This document shows positions 24,120-36,659 of a stretch of 64,000 nucleotides of DNA, piece after piece. The notes under the pieces are model-generated. The model was not told the origin of the DNA. It made no database searches and worked only from the letters and a program-made list of their open reading frames with translations. Both the position numbers and the translations under genes were made by a program. The stretch covers positions 240,252,001-240,316,000 of the forward strand of contig NC_086097.1 in NCBI RefSeq assembly GCF_963921235.1, given 5' to 3'. How positions within the stretch are numbered: the first letter of the stretch is position 1; the number at the start of each line of letters is the position of its first letter. This DNA comes from Mobula hypostoma (taxonomy: Eukaryota).

Positions 24120-24465
24120 ATTGAAAGACTTACATAGAGTGGTTGTGGAGAGGTTGCTTCCTATAATGGGAGACCGTAGTGAGAGGGCTCACTCTCAGAA
24201 TACATCCCTTTTAGAACAGAGATGAGGAGGAATTTCTTTAGCCAGAGTGTGGTGAATCTGTGGAATTCATTGCCACAGATGGCTGTGACGGTCAAATCAT
24301 TGGGTATATTTAAAGTGGAGGTTGATCAGTTCTTCATTGGTCAGGGCATCAAAGGTTACAGGGAGAAGGCAGGATAGTAACGTTGAGGGGTATAATAAAA
24401 CAGCCATTATAGAATGACAGAGAACACTTGATGGGCCAAATGTCCTAAATCTGCTCCTATGTCGC
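24120..24465 (+). mobile_element. CR1 3' fragment
   Basis: agatgaggaggaatttctttagccagagtgtggtgaatctgtggaattc. Confidence 0.8.
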
Positions 24466-24605
24466 TTACTTTTAATGCACTTAACAGGTTGTGGCCAAAC
24501 CTGACTAGGGAGAGGAACCATGAGTCAATTACATTAGTTTCCTTAAGTAGAAGATTTTGCCGTCAGAGACCACGGTGATGCTAAGGGACAGCAGAAATTA
24601 AGGGA

Positions 24606-25360
24606 TTAATGATGCCCAGCAGCGACTCCTTTGCTTGCATCTTTGGAAACAGTTCTATTTCCATCTCTCTTTCAGGGTTCTTTTGAAGACCCTGACCTGG
24701 AATTACACACTGACTACGGTTCTTTGTGGGAATGGGACCCACTCTCGGGGTTTCACAAATGGCCGTTATTCGGCACGCCAAGAGCTCGGCCTAAGAACTT
24801 CACTCGCCTTCAGAGGTCCAAGATTCTGTGGCTCTGGAGACAAGGGGATCGGAGGTCGGTATCTGGGCAGAAGACCAGTATGTCACGGGAGATGGAAGAT
24901 CTAAGGCTGTGTGCCCAGAGACCCGAGATCTTTGGGCACAGAGCTTGGAAAAAGTGACGCATCGTGAACCAGCGAGTTGTTTGTTGTGCCTCCTCTCTCG
25001 CTGTGAAACGGAGACACCTCTGGGAGAAAGAGAGCCTGTGGTATGTCGAATACAGGGTGAACAAGTAGTCTTTGGGGTAACTGCAAGTCTGTGTCTTTGC
25101 TGTTGCTTTGCTCACACTTGAGTGAGTGTTGGGTGCTGATGCTTTCTTTTGCCGGTGGGGGGAGGGAGGAATCATTGCTAGCTACCGTTTACGTGTGGGA
25201 TGGAGGGGAGCTGGGGGGCACTTTGGGGTTCTAACATTTTACTGTCATTCATTCTTTGGGGGCACTTCTTGGGTTTCCTGGATGGTTGCGAAGAAAAAGC
25301 ATTTCAGAATGTATATTGTATACATTTCTCTGACATTAAATTTACCTTTGAATCCTTTGA
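24606..25360 (+). mobile_element. Non-autonomous retroelement family B (~760-800 bp)
   Basis: Colinear with the minus-strand copy 51690-52490; tail ctgacattaaa..acctttgaa. Confidence 0.75.
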
Positions 25361-25748
25361 AAAATAAGGATCAGCTGTCTATTTCACTCTGCTGATACTG
25401 TCTAACCTGATGGGTCCCTCCAACAGTTTGCTCTTTGTTCCAGATTCTAGCATCTGTAATCTCTTGTACCTCTAAGAGGCATCATAACTGGTTATGTAGC
25501 CTTTCCATCTTCCTCCACAGATTTAGAGTTATCTACAATATCCCAAACCACCTTCACTTTCATCCTTCAGTGATCTCATCACACCCTGTCCTGCCACCTA
25601 ACCATTTGCAGAGCATGATAACCCTGGAATTTTCATCACTGCTTCCCAAATGTTCTTCCACTGAAAAGTCAGTTACCTGGCCAAATTCATTTCCCAAAAC
25701 CAGATCCAGTCTGAACCTCCTTTAGCTGGATGACCTACAGTATATATG

Positions 25749-26303
25749 TGTAACCCTCAGGCTCGGCCAGCACGTGTTCGTCTAGGGGAAAACAACTTCT
25801 GGCCCCGCCAAACTGAGAAATCTCGTTTGTGTGGATGCTGCGTGATGTGTTGCCCGGTTACAAATCCGCACCGCAAAATATCCGACAGTACACCTTATGT
25901 AATTAAATGATTGCACTTTATAAATCTTAATCTGGATAGAGGGTTAGTAAAAGTCAAAAGTGCACGTTGGAGCTCACTGCTATGGCTATGCATCAACCAT
26001 CAACCTTCTCCAAGCGTCGCCAAACTTCAGACCCTCGCTCCCAGTCCACTCCATCAGCTGGTCTACCAGCTCTCTCCACACGCGTCTTCCTTCTTCTTCT
26101 CTCACTGACAAAAGACCGTGAAAATCTCTCTTCCAGACTTACAAGAAAAAATAACATTTTTCCCATTGGATAACATACATTCCAAAGTCCTGTTATCCCT
26201 AGCCATAACCTAAACATTGCTGCTACAGAGAAACCATTACATTAGCAGTGAAACATTGCAGAGGGGCCATTACATTAGTAGTGAAACCTTACAGTGTGTT
26301 ACA
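25749..26303. mobile_element. Probable solo LTR, 555 bp
   Basis: TGTAAC...GTTACA inverted termini; internal ~30-bp direct repeat ccattacattag.agtgaaac; TSD imperfect (TATG/GACG). Confidence 0.65.
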
Positions 26304-26334
26304 GACGGAAATAAGAAACTCTTTTGGATACTTT

Positions 26335-26650
26335 GGTACCACAAGGAGATAGGATGGTAAAGACAGTTTCTGACACATTGGTCTTCATAAATCTAAGTAT
26401 TGAGTACAGGAATTGGAGTGTTATATTGAAGTTGTATAAGACGTTGGTGGGGCCAAATTTGGATTATTGTGAGCAGGAAAGATATCAATAAGATTGAAAG
26501 AATATAGAAAAATATTACATGACTTCAGGATCTGTGAAAGGTTAAATCCCTGGAGTGCAGGAGAATGAGGGGAGATTTGATAGAGGATATACTAAAATCC
26601 TGAGGGGTATAGATAGGGTTAATGCAAGCAGAGGATGGGTGAGACTAGAA
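26335..26650 (+). mobile_element. Degenerate CR1 3' ORF2 fragment
   Basis: gttgtataagacgttggtggggcca...gagaatgaggggagatttgatagag. Confidence 0.65.
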
Positions 26651-26799
26651 CTATGCTCTGGCCAATATCATGCAAACCTCGTAGAGATTGACGGTGTACA
26701 GCATTTGGTTACAGGGTTTGAGGATGCAGAGTACATAGGTGTAGAGGGAATGTACTGAGTAGAGCAACCCGGATACATTGTTGAACCAGTCATCATTAT

Positions 26800-27225
26800 T
26801 CAAGACTTCTCCACCCTCCCCCCCCCCACTGTTTTTCCATTCCCGATTCAGGTTCACCTCTCATCCCTTCTCTTCTCCTCATCTGCCCATCATCTCCCTC
26901 TGGTGTCTCTCTTCTGTCCTTTTCTCTGAGGGTCCACCATCTTCCCCTATCAGATTTCCTCTTCTTCTGCCCTTTTCCCTCTTCCACCTATCACCTCTCA
27001 GCTTCTTACCTCATACCCCTCCCCCACCCATCCAGCTTCCGCCTCATCTGGTCTCACCTATCACCTGCCAGCTTTTCTCCTTCCCCTCCCCCCACCTTCT
27101 TCTTCTGGGTTCTGCCCCCTTCCTTTCCAGTCCTGGCGTAGGGTCTCGGCCCTAAATGTCAACTGTTCATTCCCTCCATAGATACAGTCTAACCTGCTGA
27201 GTTCCTCCAGCATTTTTCATGTGTC
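26800..27225 (+). mobile_element. Old Penelope-like 3' module with degenerate hammerhead (~27128-27165)
   Basis: Pyrimidine tract, cagtcctggcgtagggtctcggccctaaatgtcaactg, then acctgctgagttcctccagc. Confidence 0.7.
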
Positions 27226-27536
27226 ATTCAGCGAAGAGTGTCCTTGTTATAATTCTACCAATATAATGTGCTTATGCAAAGAGCACCATAAGATCCTAAT
27301 GCAATTGAAAACGTGATGTTGCTGCTTGGGAGTGAAGTAAGATGGAGGTGTATCTCTCCAGTACGGTGGTGCACAATATCTAGCTGTGCTCTGATCGATA
27401 TTTTCCACTGGTTCAGTTATGAAACACAGCAATGCACTTACTTCACCAACCACTCTCTCTTAATATGTCCGGCCACCTTCAAGGATTTATCGGCCAACTT
27501 ATGCACGGATAAACACACGTCCCTTTGCTCTTGCAC

Positions 27537-27810
27537 ATTTACTTATTTATTGAGATACAGTGTTGAATAGGGCTTACTGGCCCCTCGAGCCACGCTGCCC
27601 AGCAGCCCCAAGTTTAATCCTAGCCTCATCACAGGGCAATTTACAAGGACCGAATAACCTACCGATTGGTGGGAGGAAACTGGAGCACCCGAAGGAAACC
27701 CACATGATCACGGGGGAAACGTAAAAACTCCTTACAAACAGCAGTGGAACTGAACACCAATCTTCCAGTTGATGCCACAAAGTATTACTCTAACTGCTAC
27801 ATGACCATGC
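27537..27810 (-). mobile_element. V-SINE with CR1-type tail
   Basis: gtgggaggaaactggagcacccgaaggaaacccac; (TTTA)n tail. Confidence 0.8.
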
Positions 27811-27838
27811 CAATACCTGTGTAAGTCTGAAAATCTCC

Positions 27839-28156
27839 CTTAGGTTTAAAAGATTAACTTTATTTGTCAAATGTACATCGACATATCAAACGTACAGTGA
27901 AGAGCATCATTTGAGTCAGCTGAGACAGAGGATGTGCTGGGCGAAGCTTCCGGCACCAACATAGCATGCCCACAACTTATTGACCCTAACCCCTATGTCT
28001 TTGGAATGTGATAGGAAATTGGAAATTCCATAGTAAACCTACATGGTCACGGGGAGAATGTACAAACTCCTTGCAGGTAGTGATGGGAATTGAACCCTGA
28101 TCACTGATCATTGATGCTCCAAATGTTATGTTAACCACTACACTACCACGTCTTCC
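27839..28156 (-). mobile_element. V-SINE flanked by a 24-bp direct repeat
   Basis: ACCTGTGTAAGTCTGAAAATCTCC at 27815-27838 and 28157-28180; V-core and B-box gggaattgaaccc. Confidence 0.8.
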
Positions 28157-28284
28157 ACCTGTGTAAGTCTGAAAATCTCCATTATCTTTAAAGTAATGTT
28201 GTGTGACTTTCACCACCACAGAAAATGAACATGCACATGAGGTAATAAACTATTGTGATCACCTTGCTGTAAGACATTCTCAAG

Positions 28285-28944
28285 GGAATTGATTGTGGAC
28301 TTCACAAACGTAAATCGAAGGAACACACACCAGTCCTCGTCGAGGGATTAGACGTGGAAAAGGTGAGCAGTTTCAAGTTCTTAGGTGTCAACATCTCTGA
28401 AGATCTGTCCTTGGCCCGACATATTGATGCAATTGCAAAGAAGGCGTGACAGTTTGCTGTCACCAAAGACACTGGCAGATTTCTACAGGTGCACCGTTCA
28501 GAGGATTCTAAGTGGTTGCATCACCGTCTGGAATGGAAGGGCCGAGAAAAGCTCAGGATCAAAAAAAGCTGCAGAAAGTTGTGAACTTAACCATCTCCAT
28601 CAATGGCACTAGCCACTCCAGGATCCAGGACACATTCAACAGGTGATGCCTCAAAAAGTCGACATCCATCACTCAGGCACTTACCCTCCATCACCTCTTT
28701 TCATTGCTACCATCAAGGAGGAATTACAGGAACCTGATAACACACACTCAACATTTCAAGAACACCTCCTCCCCACCATCAGATTTATTAATGGACAATT
28801 AACACTTCCTCGGTATTTTTCCCTCACACTTTTCTCTACTTATTTAATTTATTTTTTATATTCTGTATACTTTTAATTGTAATTGTTAGTTTTGCAATGT
28901 ACTGCTGGTATAAAATAACAAATTTCACACCATATGCCAGTGAT
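28285..28944 (+). mobile_element. Rex1/Babar 3' fragment; its tail resumes at ~29611-29638
   Basis: ttgtggacttc...gtgagcagtttcaagttc...; catatgccagtgat|insert|attaaacctaattctgattctg. Confidence 0.8.
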
Positions 28945-29610
28945 GGGGGAGGAGAAGATGGTGGCAGCCGCTCCGAATGATATCGTATCTGTGAACTAGG
29001 ATGCCGTGCACAATCCTGATTTGTTGGAGATAGCCGTGAGAAGCATGGAGGAACACCCGGAGAAACTTCTGAAATGCCCGCTTCGCTGCCGCTGCTACTG
29101 TGCGATCGAGAAACTCCGGAGACGAAGGCACCAAATCCTCGGCTTTGCCTATTGCCTGTTGCCGGGGCCGGGGTCGAAGCGCTCGGCAGAGATTGTTCTC
29201 GGTGCTCAGTGTCGGAGAGCTGGTCGGAGGCTTGAAGTTTTCGGACGGACTCGGAGTCGGACTGTGGTCGGGTGCTTCCAGGATGCTGCATTGGCAAGTT
29301 TGCGGCACTGGAAGCTCATGGCAGGGAGAGTTTCTCCCTTCAATCATCTGCATGAGATGATAGGGCTTTCAAGAGATCTTGAGACTTTTTACCATGCCCA
29401 CGGTCTGTTCTTCTATCAAATTACGGTATTGCTTGCACTGTTGTAACTATATGTTATAATTATGTGTTTTTTGTCAGTTTTTTCAGTCTTGGTTTGTCTT
29501 GTGTTTCTGTGGTATCATTCTGGAGGAACAAATGTATCATTTCTTAATGCATGCATTACTAAATGACAATAAAAGAGGACTGCATGTCCTCATAATCTAG
29601 TCTAATCTAA
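28945..29610 (+). mobile_element. Non-autonomous family A copy nested in Rex1 tail
   Basis: Colinear with 14627-15273. Confidence 0.8.
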
Positions 29611-29842
29611 TATTAAACCTAATTCTGATTCTGATTCTATTTCTTTTTTAGAACATAGAATGGGCCTTTCAGCCCACAATGTTGTTCCAAACCATTTTCT
29701 TGGATGCAGGATGCTGGAGGAACAAGAATTCAGGATGACCACTTTTCCATCCTATCACCTCCAGCAGCTTTGCCTGCGATGAATTCTTTTCATTCTCCAG
29801 ATCAAGGGCAACCATGTACCAGAAAACTACAATGGGGCAGCA

Positions 29843-30090
29843 CAGAAAACTGGTGGTTTGTGCTTCGCTCTACAGTGCCAGTGACCAGGGTTCAATTCCC
29901 GCTGCTGTCTGTAAGGAGTGAGTACGTTCTCTCTGTGACTGCCTGGGTTTCCCCCAGGTGCTCCAGTTTTCTCCCATGTCCCAAAGATGTATGTGTTAAT
30001 AGTTTAATTGGTCACATGGGTGTAATTGGATTGAATGGGTTCTGGGCCAGAAAGCCCTGTAACCATGATGTAAAAATAAAAATTAAAATT
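29843..30090 (+). mobile_element. V-SINE
   Basis: gggttcaattccc B-box; gggtttcccccaggtgctccagttttctccca. Confidence 0.75.
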
Positions 30091-31761
30091 AAACCCCTTT
30101 CTCTTGGTAAGATCCAGCAATTCAGTCCCCATTATTTTTCAGTAAAGTTCTAAGAGATCTTACAAAAGAATGACTCCTGTTGTTATGTTTAAGAAGTGTC
30201 TCAGGAATGTTACCAATGTGAACCTAAGATCAGATTCAGATTCGGTTTCAGAAATATTTATCATACGTTCATTGAAACAAACAGTGAAATGTGTCATTTG
30301 CACTAACAACCACACATCTAAAGATATGCCGGGGGCAGCTTGCCACATATTCTGGCACCAACATGGCATGCTCACCATGCTTGGCAGAATAACACAGAAC
30401 ACAACAAAACAGAACATACCAAGCGACAAAGCAAAAAAAGCCCCATTTCTTTCTCCCACCCACATACATATGCACCTCCATCCCCAAGAGAGGCCATCTT
30501 TTCTCAGCCTCCGGCCTCCAACAGACTCATGGGTTCACAGACATTGGGCCTTCAACTTCCCCTTCGCAGAGATTCGCAGACTTGTGGCTCTAGCCATTAA
30601 GATTTGACTTCTGGACTTCCGATTGATCTTCAGGCTTTCATCTGGACTTCCAACTGAACCCCGGGTTTTGATCCTTGACATCGACCCAGGAATTGACGAG
30701 GACGATGGATGAGGATCCAAAATATAGGCCCCGAGCTCTGTACTCGCCAGTGATGGGACACTCAACACCAGCCCCGGTCTCAAGGATTCATGTGTTCAGG
30801 GAATCTCCAGCCCCTGGTCCTCCTGCCCCCACAGACCTTCGAACTCAGAACATGCTGACATTTGGCCCCTTGTCCTCACCTGTCCTTGGGCCCAATATCC
30901 GATGATGTCCATATCGCTGACCTTCGAACGTGGTTGTACATTTGTCCTTCTAAGTGTACAGCAAAGGCCCAAAACTGAGCCAACAATGATTTAAGTCCGT
31001 TAAGTAGTTTTCATAAATCTGGCCAGCAACTTCTTTATTCTTGCCCACTGGTTACTGTTTGGCGATATTGTTAATTGCGGTTATTCACGTGGTGTGTCGT
31101 TTCTATAATGCTTTACTGGCAATTCTAATTAATAAACTGAGGCTGAAGAATGATTAAGCAACACTCAGCATTATATTAAATAGAATCTTGCCGCAGTGTA
31201 AACCATCCAGGCAGCGCAACTCAAGGCATCTCAGCTCATTAGCACGTAAACCTCTGGCATTACAGCAGGGAATAAATCCCCACTGCTTCGCTCTCAGATG
31301 TACGACTAATGACCTGATTAGTATACACTAATTTCTGATGCTTGTGTGTCTTGAACCATAAATAACGTCAGAAGCACTTGTAATTTGAATTAGTGATACT
31401 GCGCGATATGGAAATGTTTTATGTCTGCACTCAAAGGAGCAGAAGAAAAATGAAGATATACCAATTTACCAAGTTATTCTTTCCACTCATAAGATAAGCA
31501 ATAATAGGTTACACCACAAGTGTTGCAGGCTGCCTCCAACACAATCCTCAAACTGTCATTGATGCAAATAAGTCATTTTCAATGCTTTGATATTTTGACA
31601 TACAGGTGACAAATGCTAATCTTTACCGCAAGGCTGTTGGTTCACACTGACAATAAGACTGTAAGTGGGACATTAAGAATATGTTGCTTCTATATCTGTA
31701 GTCAACTTATAATCATTAGCATTACGTCACCATTCAACGTGTCACCAATAATATTTTAATT

Positions 31762-31842
31762 CAGAGGTTCACAACTGCTTTTTATGCCTTGGACCCCTAC
31801 CATTAACTGAGGGATCCGTGAACGGTAGGTTGGGAATCCGTG
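31762..31842. mobile_element. 81-bp hAT-type MITE
   Basis: CAGAGGTTCACAAC...GTTGGGAATCCGTG; perfect 8-bp TSD TTTTAATT. Confidence 0.8.
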
Positions 31843-32129
31843 TTTTAATTTAACAATTTACTTGTTCTTGTTGCATTTGTTAGAACATTAGAAAGAGCAA
31901 TATATTACACATTCATGGAATACAATGGAAACTACAGCTTGAATTCTGATAAGAATTATTTCTATACTTCCTCTAAAAAGTGAAATACAGCATGTCTTCA
32001 CATTCAAATATGGATTAGTCTTATTTCTTAGAACAATATGTTATTTTTCTTTAAATTTTCAATATTATGTGGATGGGAGAAAATAGCATACAACAAAAAG
32101 AACAATAATACAAAAATTTGGTGGTCCAT

Positions 32130-32492
32130 TATGTGCTGAATCAAATGATGCAGGCGATCATGGTCTTTCCATGACCATTATTGTTCTTGGCAACTTTTTT
32201 TCTACAGAAGTGGTTTGCCCTTGCCTTCTTCTGGGCAGTGTCCTTACAAGACGGGTGACTCCAGCCATTACCGATACTCCACCTGGTGTTAGCGGTCACA
32301 TAACCAGGATTTGAGATATGCACTAGCTGCTCATATGGCCATCCACACCTGCTCCCATGGCTTCATGTGACCCTAGTGGGGGGGGGGGCTAAACAGGTGC
32401 TACACCTTGCCCAAGGGTGACCTGTAGGCTAGTGGGGGGAAGGAATATTTTACACTTCCTTTGATGGAGATGTATCTCTACCCCACCACCCA
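32130..32492 (-). mobile_element. RTE-related non-autonomous element
   Basis: Reverse complement of the 20408 family (cagaagtggtttgcc..gccttcttctgggcagtgtc). Confidence 0.75.
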
Positions 32493-32619
32493 AATATGGA
32501 CGACGAAAACTGTAGGAAGTGCTCTACAGTTCAGTCAGTATTTGGAGAGGGTAGGCAACATTAAGTATTTTTGACTGATGACATTTTATCAAAATGGAAA
32601 AAAAAACACATCTTATAAG

Positions 32620-33360
32620 ATGAAGCTGGAGAAACTCAGCAGGTCAGGCAAATTAATCTATGGCATCTATGAAAGTAGTCGATGTTTTGGGCCGAGACCC
32701 TTCTTCGGGACTGGAAAGGAAGGGGGAAGATGCCAGAATAGAAAGGTTAGAGAAGGGGAAGGAGGATAGCTGGGAGGTGGTGTGTGAAACTAGCTGAGTG
32801 GAAAAGGTGAAGGGCTGGAGAGGAAGGAATCTGATTGGAGAGGAGAGTGAACTGTAGGAGAAAGTGAAGGAGGAGGGGACCTAGGGGGAGATGATAGGCA
32901 GGTGAGAAGAGATAAGAGGCCAGAGTGGGAATTATAAGAAGAAGGGAGAAATTGTTTTACTGGAAAGAGAAATCAATATTCATACCATCAGCACAAACAC
33001 AAGGAATTCTGCAGATGCTGGAGATTCAAGCAACACACATCAAAGTTGCTGGTGAACACAACAGGCCAGGCAGCATCTCTAGGAAGGGGTACAGTCGATG
33101 TTTCGGGCCGATATCCTTCAGTCAGTCCGACAAAGGGTCTCGGCCCGAAACGTCGACAGTACCTCTTCCTAGAGATGCTGCCTAGCCTGCTGCGTTCACC
33201 AGCAACTTTGATGTGTGTTGCTTCATACCATCAGGTTACACAGAAGGAATATAAAGTGCTGCCCCTAAACCCTGAGGGTGGCCTCATCATGACACAAGAA
33301 GAGGCCATGGCTCGAAATGTCATTGGGAACGGGAATCAGAATTAAAATGTTTAGCCTCCA
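32620..33360 (-). mobile_element. Old Penelope-like 3' fragment hosting a younger Penelope insertion
   Basis: Degenerate hammerhead at ~32677-32713, purine tract, and GIY-YIG C-terminus remnant (ttcataccatcagg...ggaatataa...cctcatcatgaca). Confidence 0.75.
32992..33221. mobile_element. 230-bp palindromic Penelope 3' module
   Basis: Inverted arms ~33026-33119 and 33132-33223; 13-bp TSD TTCATACCATCAG at 32979-32991 and 33222-33234. Confidence 0.85.
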
Positions 33361-33596
33361 GGAAGATGCATGGCATTGGGGTCAGGTCTTTTGGCATATG
33401 CCTTCAAATGCCAATACAAAATTGCCCGGCTGGTGGTGTAGTGGCACCAGCACTAGACTTCAGACCTAGTAAATACTGGTCTTTCCATAGTGAATATTTG
33501 ATCATTAAAGATTTGGTCTCAAAAAGCTATTAATTAAAGTTAAATTGTGACAAATATGACTGCTCTGGCCTAAATAATTAAATGTGCTATATAAAT

Positions 33597-34482
33597 GCCC
33601 CTCCATTACTCTCTGTACACCCGTGACTGCGTCATTACCCACAGCTCCAATCTGCTAATTAAATTTGCAGATGATAATACATTGATTGGCCTTATCTCAA
33701 ATAGTAATGAGGCAGCCGACAGAGAAGAAGTCATCACCCTTACACAGTGGCATCAAGAAAACAACCTCTCCCTCAATGTCGCGGTTGTGGTCTACGGGAG
33801 GAACGGAGACAGGCTCACCCCTATTGACATCAATGGGTTTGGGGTTGAGAGGGTGAACAGCATCAAGTTCCTCAGTATACACATTACCCAGGTCCTCACA
33901 TGGTCTGTACATACTGGCTGTGTGATGAAAAAAGCACAACAGTGCCTCTTTCACCTCAGACGGTTGAAGAACATGAGTCCCCAAATCCTAAGGACTTACT
34001 ACAGGGGCACAATTGAAAGCATCCTGACTGGCTGTATCTCTGCCTGATACGGGAACTGTACTTTCCTCAATTGAAGGACACTGCAAAGAGTGGTGCGGAC
34101 AGCCCAGGACATCTGTGAATATGAACTTCCCACTATCCGGGACACTTACAGTAACAGGTGCATAAAAAAAGGTCTGAAGGGTTATTGGGGACCTGAGTCA
34201 CCCCAACCACAAACTATTCCAGCTGCTACCATCGGAGAAATGGTACCGCAACGTTAAAGCCAGGACCAGTAGGCTCCAGGACAGTTTCTTCCACCAAGCC
34301 ATCAGACTGATTAACTCACACTGACAGAATTGTATTTCTAAGTAATATTGACTGTTCTGTTGTATATCTTACTGTACATTTTATTTACTACAAATTACTA
34401 TAATTCAGACAGAGATGTAACGTAAAGATTTTTATTCCTCATATATGTGAAGGCTGTAAGAAATAAAGTCAATTCAATTCAA
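33597..34482 (+). mobile_element. Rex1/Babar RT and 3' end
   Basis: YSLYTRDC, KFADD, KKAQQCLFHLRRL, YRGTIESILTGCI; tail aataaagtcaattcaattc. Confidence 0.9.
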
Positions 34483-34699
34483 ATCAAATACATAATTCAC
34501 TGTTTGTTATTTTTTTCCAACTATGAAACCTGAGAAGACCCATGCCACTACTGAAATGACCTCATCTTTCAGGAGAAATACATTGCAATCGCTAGGTAAT
34601 TGACTGCAACAGATCTCACAGTAATGTGAGCTGTTCTGAGGTTTGAAAACTGCCGAGAAGATTACCAGAGGTCCCCCTCTCCTTATTTGTGTCATTGAG

Positions 34700-35090
34700 T
34701 CCATAAGATACAGGAGCAGAATTAGGCCATTTGACCCATCGCGTCTGCTCAGCCAATACATTATGGTTGATCCAATTTTCCTCTCAGCCCCAGTCTCCTG
34801 CCTTCTCTCTGTATACCTTCATGCCCTAACCAATCAAAAATCCAGCAACCTCTGCCTTAACTATACATAAAGACTTGGCCTCCACAACTGCCTGTGACAA
34901 AGAATTCCATGGATTCACCATTCTCTGACTAAAGAAATTCTAGAAGGATGCCCCACTATTCTGAGGCTGTTCTCTCTTCTTAGACTTCCACAGGACTTTC
35001 ATAGGTTCCATAGGAAGCATCCTCTCCATATCCACTCTATCATGGCCTTTCACCATTCCACAGGTTTCAATGAGATCATCCTTCAATTTA
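34700..35090 (-). mobile_element. CR1 3' fragment
   Basis: ccataagatacaggagcagaattaggcc...ttcaccattctctgactaaagaaattc. Confidence 0.8.
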
Positions 35091-35094
35091 CTGG

Positions 35095-35490
35095 GAGCAT
35101 TGTAGATGAAGCAAGCATTTCTGAGGATCCATCCCACCCATCTTCCGGTCTCTTTGACCCATTACCATCAGGAAGGAGGTACAGGAGCATTGGGACTAGG
35201 ACTGCAAGACTGGGTAACAGCTTCTTCCCTCAGGCTGTGAGGAAATGAATTCCCTGCCTTCACTGAGGTCTCATCATGAGGACAGTGAGCTGTTTACTAT
35301 CTTGTCTGTGTTGCACACTTCACATGCATGTTGAGTTATATTTATTAACTTGTCCATGATAATATTTTGTTTTATATGCTGTGTGAGACATATGTTTGTT
35401 GGTGCACCGTGGTCTGGAGGAACGCTCTTTCATTTGGTTACATACATCTACAGATAGAGGACAATAAACTTAAAACGGACTTGAACTTGA
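35095..35490 (+). mobile_element. Rex1/Babar 3' end
   Basis: DPSHPSSGLFDPLPSGRRYRSIGTRTARLGNSFFPQA. Confidence 0.85.
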
Positions 35491-36244
35491 ACAAAGAATA
35501 CGTATCTAGGAGAAGAGGTACTCGTTTCTTTAGGTTTACTGGTGATGTTCTGAACAGGGAGGTGTCGACAATCCTTGCCCTCTGATTTCTAGGGGAGAAT
35601 TATTTTTAGCATATTCATCATAAAGAGATATTTTTTAAAAGAAGTATTCAATTTTTTTTAAAGTTAACCAAAAATTGCAAGCTTTACTCCCATTCTTCTG
35701 AGACATAGTGCCACCAGCAAGTCCAACATCTTTATCAGTTGTCATTGGAAAGATAGCGGTGGATCACAACTTGAGTTACAGCTACCTTTTTTTATTTGGT
35801 GAAAGTATGATTTGAAGAACAAATTCCAGGTTTTAAAATGAGTGATGAAGAGGAACTGAGCATGTGCTTCCAAGAATGGATAGTCTTCCTGCTGGAAGGG
35901 ATCCTGCAGTTGGTGGCATTCCTGCAGGTCTCCTACTCTTCTTGTCTTGCTGGTAGAGGTTATGGGCTCAGGTGATGATTCAGCCGACACAAATAATAGC
36001 AGTGCGCTGAGGGATAATTGGGTGAGGTAACACTCAAGTAGGCTGTCTCACCCTGGATGCTCTCGATAATCAGGGTCTCTAAGTAATATCTTTAAAAATA
36101 CTGAACAGAATAGTAATAATTAAAAGAAGGAACTTACCTTCTGCTTTGCTCAAAGTCTGGAGTGCTACAGCCTCTTGTGAAGTCTTCAAAGACTGGAAAA
36201 TATGAACAAATCCCTTCTTCATTAACCAGAAGCAACTGAGAGAG

Positions 36245-36570
36245 AAGTGGAGAGATCCTACTCGTTAACGGGTCGGCAAATGTTGGTGACCTGCACCATG
36301 CACAGAATCCGAATGGTAGGACATTCATTTGGAACAGAAATGAGATTAATCTGTAGAATTCATTGCCATAGATGGCTGTGGAGGCCAAGTTATTCACTGT
36401 ATTTAAAGCCGGGGTCTATAGATTCTTGATTAGTAAGGGTGTCAAAGGTTACAGGGAGAAGGCAAAAGAATGGGGTTGAGAGGGATAATAAATAGCCATG
36501 ATGGAATAGTGGAGCAGACTCAATGGACCGAATGGCCTAATTCTGCTCCTATGTCTTTTTGTCTTATGCC
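36245..36570 (+). mobile_element. CR1 3' fragment
   Basis: ggctgtggaggccaag...ggaccgaatggcctaattctgctcctatgtc. Confidence 0.8.
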
Positions 36571-36659
36571 ATTTGAGTGTATATTTTCAATGTCTCAGTC
36601 AAATGCTTGGAATAATAAACACATTATTTTTGTTCTGTCAGAAGTACTATCATGGGCAC

